Source: Candidatus Woesebacteria bacterium UBA5941 (lineage in GTDB: Bacteria > Patescibacteriota > Microgenomatia > UBA8517). Taken from it: a stretch of DNA of 64,000 bases. The stretch covers positions 19,612 to 83,611 of the forward strand of contig DJCV01000011.1 of assembly GCA_002430735.1 (NCBI GenBank), written 5' to 3'. Position 1 is the first letter of the stretch. Each line of letters begins with the position of its first letter. The notes beneath the pieces were generated by a model. The model worked only from the letters and a program-made list of their open reading frames with translations, ran no database searches and had not been told where the DNA came from. Below are positions 8,646 through 17,895 of the stretch, piece after piece. A program made the position numbers and the translations under genes.

Positions 8646-9859
8646 GATTTAATCGTTTGTTGAAGCCCTCCGATAATGCTGTAAATTGGGGCAATCATGA
8701 TAATGACCATAATCCCAACAACAGCCCCTATTAATAGCATTAATACTGGTTCAAGCAGTCCAGTCATTCGCTTTAGTGAGTAATCAACTTCGCTTTCGTA
8801 GAACTCGGCCATCTCTCCTAACACTTGCTCCAAACTTCCCGATTTTTCTCCTGCTCGGATTGTTTGAATCATGACCGCAGGAAATTCTTTTCTATGCTTC
8901 ATTAATATATCTGATAAAGATTCACCTTTTGAGACACCCGCGCTAAATGTTTTTGCTTCAGCCTTCAAATATGGGTCAGTTAAACTGTCTGCAGAAACAT
9001 CAAGTGCTTCCACAATTGGAACTCCATTTGCGAGTAACGTTGATAATGTACGAGAAAATCGGGCGATATCTATCTGTCGAACGACACCACGAATTCCTGG
9101 CATTTTAGTTACCACTTTCAAAAGAAAGCGCCGAACAGGTCGTAACAAGAAAAGAACGAACAAAACGCCGATTACTCCAAAGACTGAAAACAGTACCAGT
9201 GGTACGTTTTTCCCGATATAATCCCCAACAGTTAAGAGAACTTTCGTATACACAGGGAGCGGAACGTCGAGTCGGAGAAATGCTCCTGAGATTTTCGGGA
9301 GCACGAACAACATCATAATTAATCCATTTCCAAACATAGCGACGACAATCACTGCAGGATACATAAGCGAACCTTTTACTTTTTGGGTCAATTCATGAGA
9401 AGCAGCTAGTTGTTTGGCTAAGTATTGGAATGATTTTTCAAGCGTTCCACTTTCTTCTCCAACTTTTACCATTGTGAGAAAGATAGGGTCAAAGTCTTGT
9501 TTGTAATTTGCAAGAACCGAGGACAAACTCTTTCCTCTCTGCGTTTGAAATGAAATATCCGCAAGTACCCGTTGCATTGCCTTGTTTTTGGATTCCTCTC
9601 GAATAATATCTACCGTCTCTGGAATCGACATTCCGCTGTGTAACATTGTCGAAACAAATCGGCAAAATGCTGCTTTTTCAGATGAACTAATTGACCCTCC
9701 AAACATTCCATGAGGACTTTCCAGTGAATGAATCGATAGAACCTGATATCCATTTGCCTTTAGGGTATTCGCAGCCTCTACCTTCGATGCCGCTTGAATG
9801 GTATCTTCGACGATTGTATTTTCTCTCGTGGATTGTGCTTTATAAACAAAAAGTGCCAT
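8642..9859 (-). CDS. pilC: type IV pilus assembly platform protein PilC (GspF family)
   Basis: Two GspF-like repeats with three TM segments and the characteristic MALFVYKA...G N-terminus. Start is set at the internal Met (9859); the ORF extends to 9895. Confidence 0.85.
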   Translation of the reverse strand: MALFVYKAQSTRENTIVEDTIQAASKVEAANTLKANGYQVLSIHSLESPHGMFGGSISSSEKAAFCRFVSTMLHSGMSIPETVDIIREESKNKAMQRVLADISFQTQRGKSLSSVLANYKQDFDPIFLTMVKVGEESGTLEKSFQYLAKQLAASHELTQKVKGSLMYPAVIVVAMFGNGLIMMLFVLPKISGAFLRLDVPLPVYTKVLLTVGDYIGKNVPLVLFSVFGVIGVLFVLFLLRPVRRFLLKVVTKMPGIRGVVRQIDIARFSRTLSTLLANGVPIVEALDVSADSLTDPYLKAEAKTFSAGVSKGESLSDILMKHRKEFPAVMIQTIRAGEKSGSLEQVLGEMAEFYESEVDYSLKRMTGLLEPVLMLLIGAVVGIMVIIMIAPIYSIIGGLQQTIKS

Positions 9860-9860
9860 A

Positions 9861-11540
9861 TTAGTTATCCGTAACCGCCTGAAGTACTTGCTCAATAGTC
9901 GTAAAGCCGGATGAGACTTTGTTTAATCCGTCTTGCATCATAGAAATCATTCCTTCTTCTTTTGCAGCTTTCAACAAATCATCACTGCCTACTTTGCGAA
10001 CAACCAGGGATCGAATTTTTTCAGTAACTGAAAGTACTTCATAAATGCCGATTCGTCCCAAAAATCCTTTTCCATGGCATTCACTACACCCCATACCACG
10101 GTAAAACTTTTGTCGCGTCGGATCGATATGTACCTCATCAACTAATTTTGCAAGTACTGCAGCATCAGGGGTGTACTCTTTTATACACACCGAGCAGATT
10201 TTTCTCACCAGTCGTTGTGCAATTACGATGTTAAGTGTTGATGCTGCAAGGTATCCTTCAACACCCATATCAAGAAGCCGTGGCAATGCTCCAACTGCAT
10301 CGTTCGTGTGGAGCGTTGAAAGAACTAAATGTCCGGTTAATGCAGAATGAACCGCAATTTCTGCAGTTTCTTTATCACGAATTTCCCCAACCATCATAAT
10401 GTCCGGATCGTGCCGTAGCAGTGCGCGTAACCCTGCAGCAAAATCAAGACCGGCCTTCGCGTTTACTTGAATTTGAGTTACACGATTCACTCCATATTCA
10501 ACTGGATCTTCAATGGTACAAATCTTTACATCAATGGTATTCAGAATTGTGAGTAAGGAATAGAGCGTTGTTGTTTTACCAGATCCGGTAGGTCCAGTCA
10601 CCAAAATCATTCCATTCGGCGCTTCGATTGCTCTATTAACAAGTTCTAAGTTGCGTCCCATAAGTCCAAGTTCCTCTAAACTTGATGGCCGCGCACTTTC
10701 ACGAAGAAGTCGCATAACAATGTTTTCACCATAAAAGCCAGGAATTATAGAAACGCGTAATGCGATCACTTCGTCGTTTACAGTTACTTTGTACCGTCCA
10801 TCTTGAGGGATACGACGTTCATCGAGTTTTAAGTTCGAAAGGATCTTGACGCGCGCAATGAGCGGTTCTTGTACTTTTTGAGGCAATCGAATGATATCAC
10901 GCAAATCTCCATCAATTCGGAAGCGAATAATAACATCTTGTTCTTGAGTCTCGATGTGCATATCACTTGCACGCTCAGCGACAGCGTATTCCATAAAAGT
11001 ATCAAGAATTTTTATAACAGGAAGGTCTTCCGACGCTTTTTTGATATCACCAGACTTCTCTGTTTTCGCCACATTCTCGGTAATAACTTTTTGAAACTCA
11101 TTTTCAAAATTTCTTTTGTATTGCGAAAGTGCACGACTAAAATCTTCAGGGCTCACATAAAAAGGCACAATCTCTCGCCCAGTAAAGCGCTTTGCGAACT
11201 CAAGCGCTTCAACATCAGTTGGATCGCTCATCGCGAGTTTTAGTTTCTCTGCATCTAGCCCTAATGGAACCATCTTGTATGTCTTTGCGAGGTTTTGGGG
11301 AATTAAGCTTAACGCTTCGTCGGTTATGGCAACGTGCTTCATATCAAGCCATCCAACATGGAGATAGTCTGCAATTAATTTCGAATAAATCGTACTATTT
11401 AAAAATCCTCTAAAAACCAATATATCTTCAATTGATTTTCCAATATCTTTTGCCGTTTGTGCAGCATCGTCGAACGCAGCTTCCGGAACGAGACCGGACC
11501 GAACGATGATCTGTTTTAGGATATCAGGGGCAATATTCAT
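9861..11540 (-). CDS. pilB: type IV pilus assembly ATPase PilB (GspE family)
   Basis: Walker A GPTGSGKTT. GspE N-terminal domain is present. C-terminal tetracysteine CSVC...CSEC. Confidence 0.9.
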   Translation of the reverse strand: MNIAPDILKQIIVRSGLVPEAAFDDAAQTAKDIGKSIEDILVFRGFLNSTIYSKLIADYLHVGWLDMKHVAITDEALSLIPQNLAKTYKMVPLGLDAEKLKLAMSDPTDVEALEFAKRFTGREIVPFYVSPEDFSRALSQYKRNFENEFQKVITENVAKTEKSGDIKKASEDLPVIKILDTFMEYAVAERASDMHIETQEQDVIIRFRIDGDLRDIIRLPQKVQEPLIARVKILSNLKLDERRIPQDGRYKVTVNDEVIALRVSIIPGFYGENIVMRLLRESARPSSLEELGLMGRNLELVNRAIEAPNGMILVTGPTGSGKTTTLYSLLTILNTIDVKICTIEDPVEYGVNRVTQIQVNAKAGLDFAAGLRALLRHDPDIMMVGEIRDKETAEIAVHSALTGHLVLSTLHTNDAVGALPRLLDMGVEGYLAASTLNIVIAQRLVRKICSVCIKEYTPDAAVLAKLVDEVHIDPTRQKFYRGMGCSECHGKGFLGRIGIYEVLSVTEKIRSLVVRKVGSDDLLKAAKEEGMISMMQDGLNKVSSGFTTIEQVLQAVTDN

Positions 11541-11566
11541 GGGCAGAATTTACCCAGTATAACACC

Positions 11567-12118
11567 TTAGACTGAAGAGTTTGAGCCCGTAACTTTCACC
11601 AGAACAGTGACCGGAACGGTACTATTCTCTTGGCTAATTTCGATAGTGACCTTACTACGTCCGCGAGTACCGGATAGCTTGTTGTACACACCCTGGGCTT
11701 GTTGTGTTTGAATTACATTGGTTGCTACAAATCCGAGCTTTCCTAATGTTTCTCTATACCAGGTTGTAACAAGATTTACCGGTTGCGTGGTAGATAGCAC
11801 AAGCTCATTCTCGGTTTGAGCAGTAACTATTGAGGGTACGTACATCCATTCTGTAATACCCGTTGCAGCAGGTTTTAGACTTGCGGATGTACTACTGGTC
11901 GGTTGAGGGCTCGCTGAACTTGTGGCAAACAATAACGACTCAAGCGGTGTAGGGTGTGGGGTAGGGCTTTCTGTTTCAGCTGGAGTTGCGGAGGGTGTTG
12001 AGGTTTCGCTTTTCACTGAAAGAACTTCACTCGTGTCAGGCGTGCTTACCTGACCACGTGTCGCAACAGCAACAACTAACACAACGAGTGAAAATACCGT
12101 AAAGGCTACATTTACCAC
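11567..12118 (-). CDS. membrane-anchored Ser/Thr/Pro-rich hypothetical protein
   Basis: N-terminal TM helix followed by an STP-rich linker and a globular C-terminus. Confidence 0.45.
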   Translation of the reverse strand: MVNVAFTVFSLVVLVVAVATRGQVSTPDTSEVLSVKSETSTPSATPAETESPTPHPTPLESLLFATSSASPQPTSSTSASLKPAATGITEWMYVPSIVTAQTENELVLSTTQPVNLVTTWYRETLGKLGFVATNVIQTQQAQGVYNKLSGTRGRSKVTIEISQENSTVPVTVLVKVTGSNSSV

Positions 12119-12175
12119 ACCTCATTATACAACACGCATTGAACTTAAAGATGCCGATCTCAAACAATCCGTAGC

Positions 12176-12478
12176 TCAGTAGTTAATTTTAACGAAATAA
12201 GTCTTATCCATCATTTCACCATTAACGGGAATTCCAAGCATATACCCGAGCGTCTGCGCTACTGTTACCCCAACACGCAATCCGGTAAACGAACCAGGTC
12301 CTGGGTGCACTTCAATTTCACTGAGATCTTCGAGAGTTAAACCAAGCGACGCTAACGTCTCACTAATAAATGGTAATAACTTTTGTGATTTATCCTTTTT
12401 TGCACTCGTTTCATAGGACACCCCATTTACCGTAATTAGTATTTGCTCATTATTTGCAGTGTTTATTGAAAGTTTCAT
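12176..12478 (-). CDS. tsaB: TsaB (YeaZ) N-terminal-half-only protein, t6A threonylcarbamoyl transfer complex
   Basis: The GPGSFTGLRVGV motif is typical of the TsaB/Kae1 family. The protein is only 100 aa, about half of a normal TsaB, and sits adjacent to tsaE. Confidence 0.6.
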   Translation of the reverse strand: MKLSINTANNEQILITVNGVSYETSAKKDKSQKLLPFISETLASLGLTLEDLSEIEVHPGPGSFTGLRVGVTVAQTLGYMLGIPVNGEMMDKTYFVKINY

Positions 12479-12909
12479 AGCGTTCCTGGAATAGAAATTG
12501 TGTGATGATCATTTTCTTCAAGCGAAAAGGTAATTCGTATCGCATGAGAGGGTATCTTTTTTATTCGCTCTGGCCATTCAATACAGACAATAGCATCCGG
12601 CTTTCCCCACAAGTCAAACACTCCGAGTGCTTCAATCTCACGATCTGCTCCATGTTCCAGGCGATACAAATCAAGATGATATAGGGACAAATCCGTAGCG
12701 TGTGGAATGGAATAGGTACGCATTAAGATGAATGTCGGAGAGGTAATAACTCGGCTAACTCCCAAACCCTGTGCGACTCCTTGAACAAATGTTGTTTTCC
12801 CTGAGCCTAAGTCCCCTTGCAATAAAATTACCTCTCCTCCTTTTAGAGTAGCTGCAAATTTTTTGCCAAGATCTTGAGTCTCTTTGGTGCTCTTGGTAAT
12901 AAATTCCAT
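12475..12909 (-). CDS. tsaE: tRNA threonylcarbamoyladenosine biosynthesis ATPase TsaE (YjeE)
   Basis: GEVILLQGDLGSGKTTFVQG P-loop and ~140 aa size typical of the family. Confidence 0.8.
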   Translation of the reverse strand: MEFITKSTKETQDLGKKFAATLKGGEVILLQGDLGSGKTTFVQGVAQGLGVSRVITSPTFILMRTYSIPHATDLSLYHLDLYRLEHGADREIEALGVFDLWGKPDAIVCIEWPERIKKIPSHAIRITFSLEENDHHTISIPGTL

Positions 12910-13268
12910 ATGCCGTAAATTGTAACTGTTCCACCAAATGTATCAATAAGGACATCACGGAACCGTGATTGACGACCTACAACAAAACGTTCGTGAAACT
13001 CATCGGTGCAACCAAAAATAAATACAAATATAATCGCATAAATTCCAGCTCTTCGAGAGCTTATCCCATGCAACCGCAATGCACGATAGGTTAATGCTGC
13101 AAGTAGTCCATATTCGATAACATGCGCAAACTTTTTTATTGAAAACTCTTGCCAATACACCGTTGAAACAGTGGCGGTCTTGAAAGATGAAACATAAAAT
13201 ATCGCGGAACACACAGCAATCACAGGGAACCAAATAAATAAATAGTCGCCCAAAGTACGTTTTGTCAT
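12843..13268 (-). CDS. VanZ-like family membrane protein
   Basis: Four predicted TM helices with a VanZ-like pattern (FAHVIEYGLLAALTYRAL). Its 3' end overlaps the tsaE start by 67 nt. Confidence 0.55.
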   Translation of the reverse strand: MTKRTLGDYLFIWFPVIAVCSAIFYVSSFKTATVSTVYWQEFSIKKFAHVIEYGLLAALTYRALRLHGISSRRAGIYAIIFVFIFGCTDEFHERFVVGRQSRFRDVLIDTFGGTVTIYGIWNLLPRAPKRLKILAKNLQLL

Positions 13269-14044
13269 GAAGATGATTTAGTATACCAATCTTTCCCTAT
13301 CTTCCAAAACAAATATCCTCCATACAGGATTAAACCAATCGCAGGAATCATACACACAACTGCCACGATCGGGACAGATGAATCTCTTTCTGCTCTCTTC
13401 CACGGAGTTTGCGTGGGGACAGCTGTTTCAGGCTGAGTGGCAATTGGAGCGTTGGTTTCTGGAGAGAAACTCTCGGTTTCAGGCTCAGATTTTGCTGCCA
13501 AAACAATCGGTTCGTTCGTTTGAACAATAACAACTGGTGTCTGCGTGTTTTCTGGTAAAACAGTTACAACTGGAGTGCTTGTTGCCACTTGTGAAACTGG
13601 TGTCTGTGTCGAGACTGGGATAGCTAGCTTCACTGTTATTTTTTGCGGTGAAACAGAATCATCACTCGAATTTCCCGACGCTGTATATCTTTTGAGTGAA
13701 AGTAAATACTCACCACCAGGGAATCCTACAGGGACCTTTCCTTTTACAATCCCTTTCGTTTCATTTTCAACAATATCGATGGCAAAATATTCTTTTCCGC
13801 TGGATCCTTCGTACCAAGACAAACCATTCCAGGTAAGACCGTGATATGAATGAGTGCCTTCTTTATAGACCAAGACGCGGATATAATTCCGCGCTTTTTT
13901 GGCACCAGCAATAGTAAATCCTACAGTGAATTCAGATTCTGTAACTTCATTGGGATACGAGTCAATTGAAATCGAGACTGCAAATACTTTTGGAGGCAAA
14001 AAAAGAGAAAGCAAAAGGAGGGCAAGAAGGGCGATCTTACACAC
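13265..14044 (-). CDS. secreted protein with C-terminal TM anchor, hypothetical
   Basis: Signal peptide MCKIALLALLLLSLFLPPKVFA, a TP-rich linker, and a C-terminal hydrophobic helix. Confidence 0.45.
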   Translation of the reverse strand: MCKIALLALLLLSLFLPPKVFAVSISIDSYPNEVTESEFTVGFTIAGAKKARNYIRVLVYKEGTHSYHGLTWNGLSWYEGSSGKEYFAIDIVENETKGIVKGKVPVGFPGGEYLLSLKRYTASGNSSDDSVSPQKITVKLAIPVSTQTPVSQVATSTPVVTVLPENTQTPVVIVQTNEPIVLAAKSEPETESFSPETNAPIATQPETAVPTQTPWKRAERDSSVPIVAVVCMIPAIGLILYGGYLFWKIGKDWYTKSSS

Positions 14045-14048
14045 TTAA

Positions 14049-15206
14049 TTAATAATTAATATGTAAATAGTACGTATTTAGATCACTACCGTCGTGTTTA
14101 ACACGAACATATCGAAGTTTACATCCTCGCGCTCCATTAAAGCTCCCACGGTACAGTATGCCTGGTTGTACAGCCTTTACGATTGAAGAAGTGTCACTAC
14201 TTATATCAATTCCATCGTGTCGCGGATACCATTTATATGTTTTTACGAACCATGTTTGTCCATACCCTTGGTGGAATGAAATTTTTCCATCCAATGGCCA
14301 ATTCCATGTACCAGATGGATCAAATGTGTCGGTTGCGGTACAGGCTCCAGGCCCTGAACAGTTTTCGTAATCAACTCCAGGCTTTAGGTATCGAAACGGA
14401 TTCTCATCCATATTTGATTTTGTAACAATAAAATGAAGATGCGTACCGCTTGAATTGCAGGATGCCCCTTCAATAACCGTCGCAATCTTTTCTCCTTGGG
14501 CAACTTTTCCAACTTCTGTCTCTTGCCCTCGCCCTGCAATAATCGCCTGAATTGCGTCATATTCAGTTTTTGCAGCAGTTAACAATTCTTGATATCGCTT
14601 CTCATCATTTTTTGTGACAGATAATAAATTTGCTTTGGAAGATTTCTGGGTATCAAGCTCTGCTTTCGCAGTAGCAAGTTGTTTAGTAAGCTCCGTCAGC
14701 TGAGTTTTCTGTGTCTGATATCCGTCATTTGCCTTTTTTAAGCGGGTTAAGAGCGCCTGGTCTGCCTCCTGCAGTCGGGTTAAATATTGATATCGTGTTA
14801 ATGCATCACGAAGATTAGTTGACGTTGCAAGCACAAGCGGGTCTCCTCCCAACCGAGATAATTTGTATGTTTCAAGAACGCGTGCATTAAAGGCATCAGT
14901 TAAGTTTGACACTGAACCAGTGAGCGTCCCAATGCGGCCACTTAACAGAGAAATTTGATCCTCTGTTTGCTGAATTTTAAGTTCAGTCAGTTTAATTTGA
15001 GCGTTAAATTGCGAGATTTGATTCGCAAGCGTTGAAGCCTTTTCTTGCAACGATTTAATTTGCTGCTCATACTCGCTAATTTTTCTCTCGAGTTCAGCCT
15101 TCTCTTCCTGTTCAGATTGAGCAAATGCAAATTGAATTGAAGAAACTGGAGCAACTTGAAATACAACGACTAAGAGCGCGAAAAAAATAAGAAGAAGCGA
15201 TCGCAT
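14049..15206 (-). CDS. coiled-coil M23 family peptidoglycan metalloendopeptidase (EnvC-like partner of FtsEX)
   Basis: Signal/TM segment, then a long coiled coil, then an M23 domain with GTHLHF (HxH) intact. It lies immediately downstream of ftsX. Confidence 0.75.
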   Translation of the reverse strand: MRSLLLIFFALLVVVFQVAPVSSIQFAFAQSEQEEKAELERKISEYEQQIKSLQEKASTLANQISQFNAQIKLTELKIQQTEDQISLLSGRIGTLTGSVSNLTDAFNARVLETYKLSRLGGDPLVLATSTNLRDALTRYQYLTRLQEADQALLTRLKKANDGYQTQKTQLTELTKQLATAKAELDTQKSSKANLLSVTKNDEKRYQELLTAAKTEYDAIQAIIAGRGQETEVGKVAQGEKIATVIEGASCNSSGTHLHFIVTKSNMDENPFRYLKPGVDYENCSGPGACTATDTFDPSGTWNWPLDGKISFHQGYGQTWFVKTYKWYPRHDGIDISSDTSSIVKAVQPGILYRGSFNGARGCKLRYVRVKHDGSDLNTYYLHINY

Positions 15207-15210
15207 GAAC

Positions 15211-16128
15211 TCATTGTACCATCCGCAAGCTACGCCATACGGCGCCAATTGCACCTAAGATCGCAATGATGAGTCCAGCGAGTAATTCCGCACCAAATAA
15301 TGCACCCAAAATGACGAGCAAACCCTGCAGGGTGTGAGGCAACACTTCAATGGTTCCAAAATATGCAAGCAATTTTGGAGAACCGTACATGACAACCAAT
15401 GATGCAGAAAACCAACCGAAAAATACTCCGAGGAATGCATATACACTTGCTTCAACCATAATTGGATTACGAATAAATGAACTGGTGGCACCTAATAAGC
15501 TGAGGCTTTCTATCTCATTTTTTCGCATAGAGATACGCATACTCATGACAACTAACAGAACTAAGAGTGAAGTTGCGAGTAGTACGCCAACTGCCACCGC
15601 ACCGGCTACTCGAACTGCTTTTGTAATGGTCCTCAATCGTTCAATAACTGAACCCAACTGGTCTTGACTGCCTACAGACGCAGTAAATCCAACACTTTCA
15701 ACAATTTCTGATTGTTGTAACTCAGAAACAACCGCATCAGCATAGGTTAAGTCCTTTACTGAAACTTCGATAGATGACGGGAAAATACTCGGGCTTACGA
15801 GCTCTCCTAAAAGTGGATTACTTGCGGTCGCGTCTTTGTATAGTTGAAATGCATCTTCCTTGGTTACAATCTTTAGTTCTCGGACACGACTATCATTTCG
15901 ATATTTGTCCTGCAACAGAAGTACTTGATCATCTTTTGCATCAGTTTTAATAAATGCAATAACTTGAGGTCTTGTTTCAAAATACACCAGGAGCTTCGTG
16001 GAACCGTAGACAAGTAATGCAATTAAGGTGGTTACAAAAAAGCTCACGGCCATCACAAGAACAACCGCAATCGCCTGATACGGTGCACGTCGAACGTATG
16101 TAAATCCAGTTTTAATCGGCCTTTTCAT
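15211..16128 (-). CDS. ftsX: cell division permease FtsX
   Basis: Four-TM FtsX topology with a large periplasmic loop. It overlaps ftsE by 17 nt. Confidence 0.8.
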   Translation of the reverse strand: MKRPIKTGFTYVRRAPYQAIAVVLVMAVSFFVTTLIALLVYGSTKLLVYFETRPQVIAFIKTDAKDDQVLLLQDKYRNDSRVRELKIVTKEDAFQLYKDATASNPLLGELVSPSIFPSSIEVSVKDLTYADAVVSELQQSEIVESVGFTASVGSQDQLGSVIERLRTITKAVRVAGAVAVGVLLATSLLVLLVVMSMRISMRKNEIESLSLLGATSSFIRNPIMVEASVYAFLGVFFGWFSASLVVMYGSPKLLAYFGTIEVLPHTLQGLLVILGALFGAELLAGLIIAILGAIGAVWRSLRMVQ

Positions 16129-16792
16129 GTTTTTTGTTAGTATCTTTTATAAGCTTCCCTTTTTTCATTTCCATAACCCGTCCTTTATGTTCTTTAATAA
16201 TCTCACGGTTGTGTGTTGTAACGATCACCGTTTTTCCTTCCTGATTAATACGTGCAAGTAGTTTCATAATACCCTCTGCAGTCTCCCAATCTAAATTACC
16301 TGTAGGCTCATCTGCGAAAATAATTTTTGGATTCACAACAAGTGCTCGAGCAATCGATGCGCGTTGCAATTCTCCTCCCGAGAGTTGAGAAGGGAACAAA
16401 TGAAGCCTGTCCGCAATTCCCACAAGATTTCCCACATGTTCGACCCGCTCTTCCCACTCGCGTTGAGGAACGCCCTTCACTGCTAACGCCAATGCAATAT
16501 TTTCAGCAATTGTGTGTGTGGGAAGCAATTTAAAATCTTGAAAGACGGCACCAACTTGCTGGCGAAGTTTTGGCACATCACGTTTTCGCAAATCATGCAC
16601 GGAGACATCATCGAGGTAAATTTCACCTTCACTGGGAGCAAATTCACGAACGACTAACCGAAGAATGCTCGTTTTTCCTGCTCCTGAAGTTCCGATGATC
16701 AAAACAAATTCGCCATCTTCTATTCGAAAAGAGACGTCATCTAGAGCGGTAATCTGGCCGAAGCGTTTTGAAACGCTTTTAAATTCAAGCAT
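16112..16792 (-). CDS. ftsE: cell division ATP-binding protein FtsE
   Basis: Walker [13 protein letters not shown] signature LSGGELQR, and Walker B IIFADEPT. Confidence 0.9.
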   Translation of the reverse strand: MLEFKSVSKRFGQITALDDVSFRIEDGEFVLIIGTSGAGKTSILRLVVREFAPSEGEIYLDDVSVHDLRKRDVPKLRQQVGAVFQDFKLLPTHTIAENIALALAVKGVPQREWEERVEHVGNLVGIADRLHLFPSQLSGGELQRASIARALVVNPKIIFADEPTGNLDWETAEGIMKLLARINQEGKTVIVTTHNREIIKEHKGRVMEMKKGKLIKDTNKKHEKAD

Positions 16793-16797
16793 GAGGT

Positions 16798-17307
16798 TTA
16801 CTGTATAACTTTAACTTTTCCTACGTCCATGAGCCATCCTGATTTACCAGATATGGTTTGACCACGAACTTCAACCTTTTTATCGACAAAGTTTTGTAAG
16901 TTAATAACTGTTGAAGACAAGGAAACGTCTTTGTTTGCACCAAGACCGCGCTCTAAGCGGTGAGTTCCTTCCCCTGAGATGCCACCTTCTTTAATAACGC
17001 CCTCAGCAGTATCAGGGAATGCTTTTTCGTCATTAATACCTGCTTCAGTCTCAGACGCAACAGAATTTGATGTTGTTACACCAGTTCCTGCATTATTTGA
17101 AGCACTATTGGCACCTCGCTTTGCAAATGTATACCCTGTGCCGATGCCCAAAAGCACAACAACGAGAAACATTCCAACAACCATCATTCCGGCTTTATTG
17201 TTTTGCTCTGGGAACTTTTTCATAACTGGTTCTAATGCAGGCTCAATAAAAGGTGTGTGTGATGCTTGAGGCATTGTTACATGCATTTCCTTTTCCATAG
17301 TCTTCAC
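16798..17307 (-). CDS. hypothetical single-pass membrane protein
   Basis: TM helix MMVVGMFLVVVLLGIGTGY. Confidence 0.4.
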   Translation of the reverse strand: MKTMEKEMHVTMPQASHTPFIEPALEPVMKKFPEQNNKAGMMVVGMFLVVVLLGIGTGYTFAKRGANSASNNAGTGVTTSNSVASETEAGINDEKAFPDTAEGVIKEGGISGEGTHRLERGLGANKDVSLSSTVINLQNFVDKKVEVRGQTISGKSGWLMDVGKVKVIQ

Positions 17308-17370
17308 TATACCATGTTCAGGAAAGTTCTGTGAATAGAGAAGTCGCTTGAGTTTAGCTACAATATACCC

Positions 17371-17895
17371 ATGAAACTCGGATCCAAAGAATTACGAGAT
17401 TACGAACCAACCCAAGAGGAACTTGCGCAAATAAGCAGACAACCACTGTACTTCGTGCTTGATGAGATTCTTGATACATACAACATAGGATCTCTCTTTC
17501 GACTGGCAGATGCGCTGGCAATTGAAAAGGTATATTTGTGCGGTAGCATGCAGTTTCCTCCTTCTTCCAGAATTCACAAAGCTGCGGTAGGAACTGAGCT
17601 GTGGACGCCATGGGAAAAGCGGGACACAGCACTCGAAGTTGTTTTGGAACTAAAGGAAAAAGGTATTGCGACGGTTGCAGTCGAGCAAGATGAACGTTCC
17701 ATTTCACTTCCAGATTTTAAGCCCTCATTCCCCTTGGCAATTGTCTTGGGACATGAAACAACCGGTGTCAAAAAAGAAGTCCTTGATGCTGTCGACACCA
17801 TAATTGAGCTGCCTATGCTCGGGATAAATAAATCGTTTAATGTTTGGGGAAGCGGGGCCGTTGTTGCCTATCGCATGCTTGAATACCTCCGCTAA
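17371..17895 (+). CDS. SpoU/TrmH family (SPOUT) RNA 2'-O-methyltransferase
   Basis: Blocks typical of the SpoU MTase fold: YNIGSLFRLADALA, AIVLGHETTGV, and IELPMLGINKSFNVWGSGAV. Confidence 0.75.
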   Translation: MKLGSKELRDYEPTQEELAQISRQPLYFVLDEILDTYNIGSLFRLADALAIEKVYLCGSMQFPPSSRIHKAAVGTELWTPWEKRDTALEVVLELKEKGIATVAVEQDERSISLPDFKPSFPLAIVLGHETTGVKKEVLDAVDTIIELPMLGINKSFNVWGSGAVVAYRMLEYLR

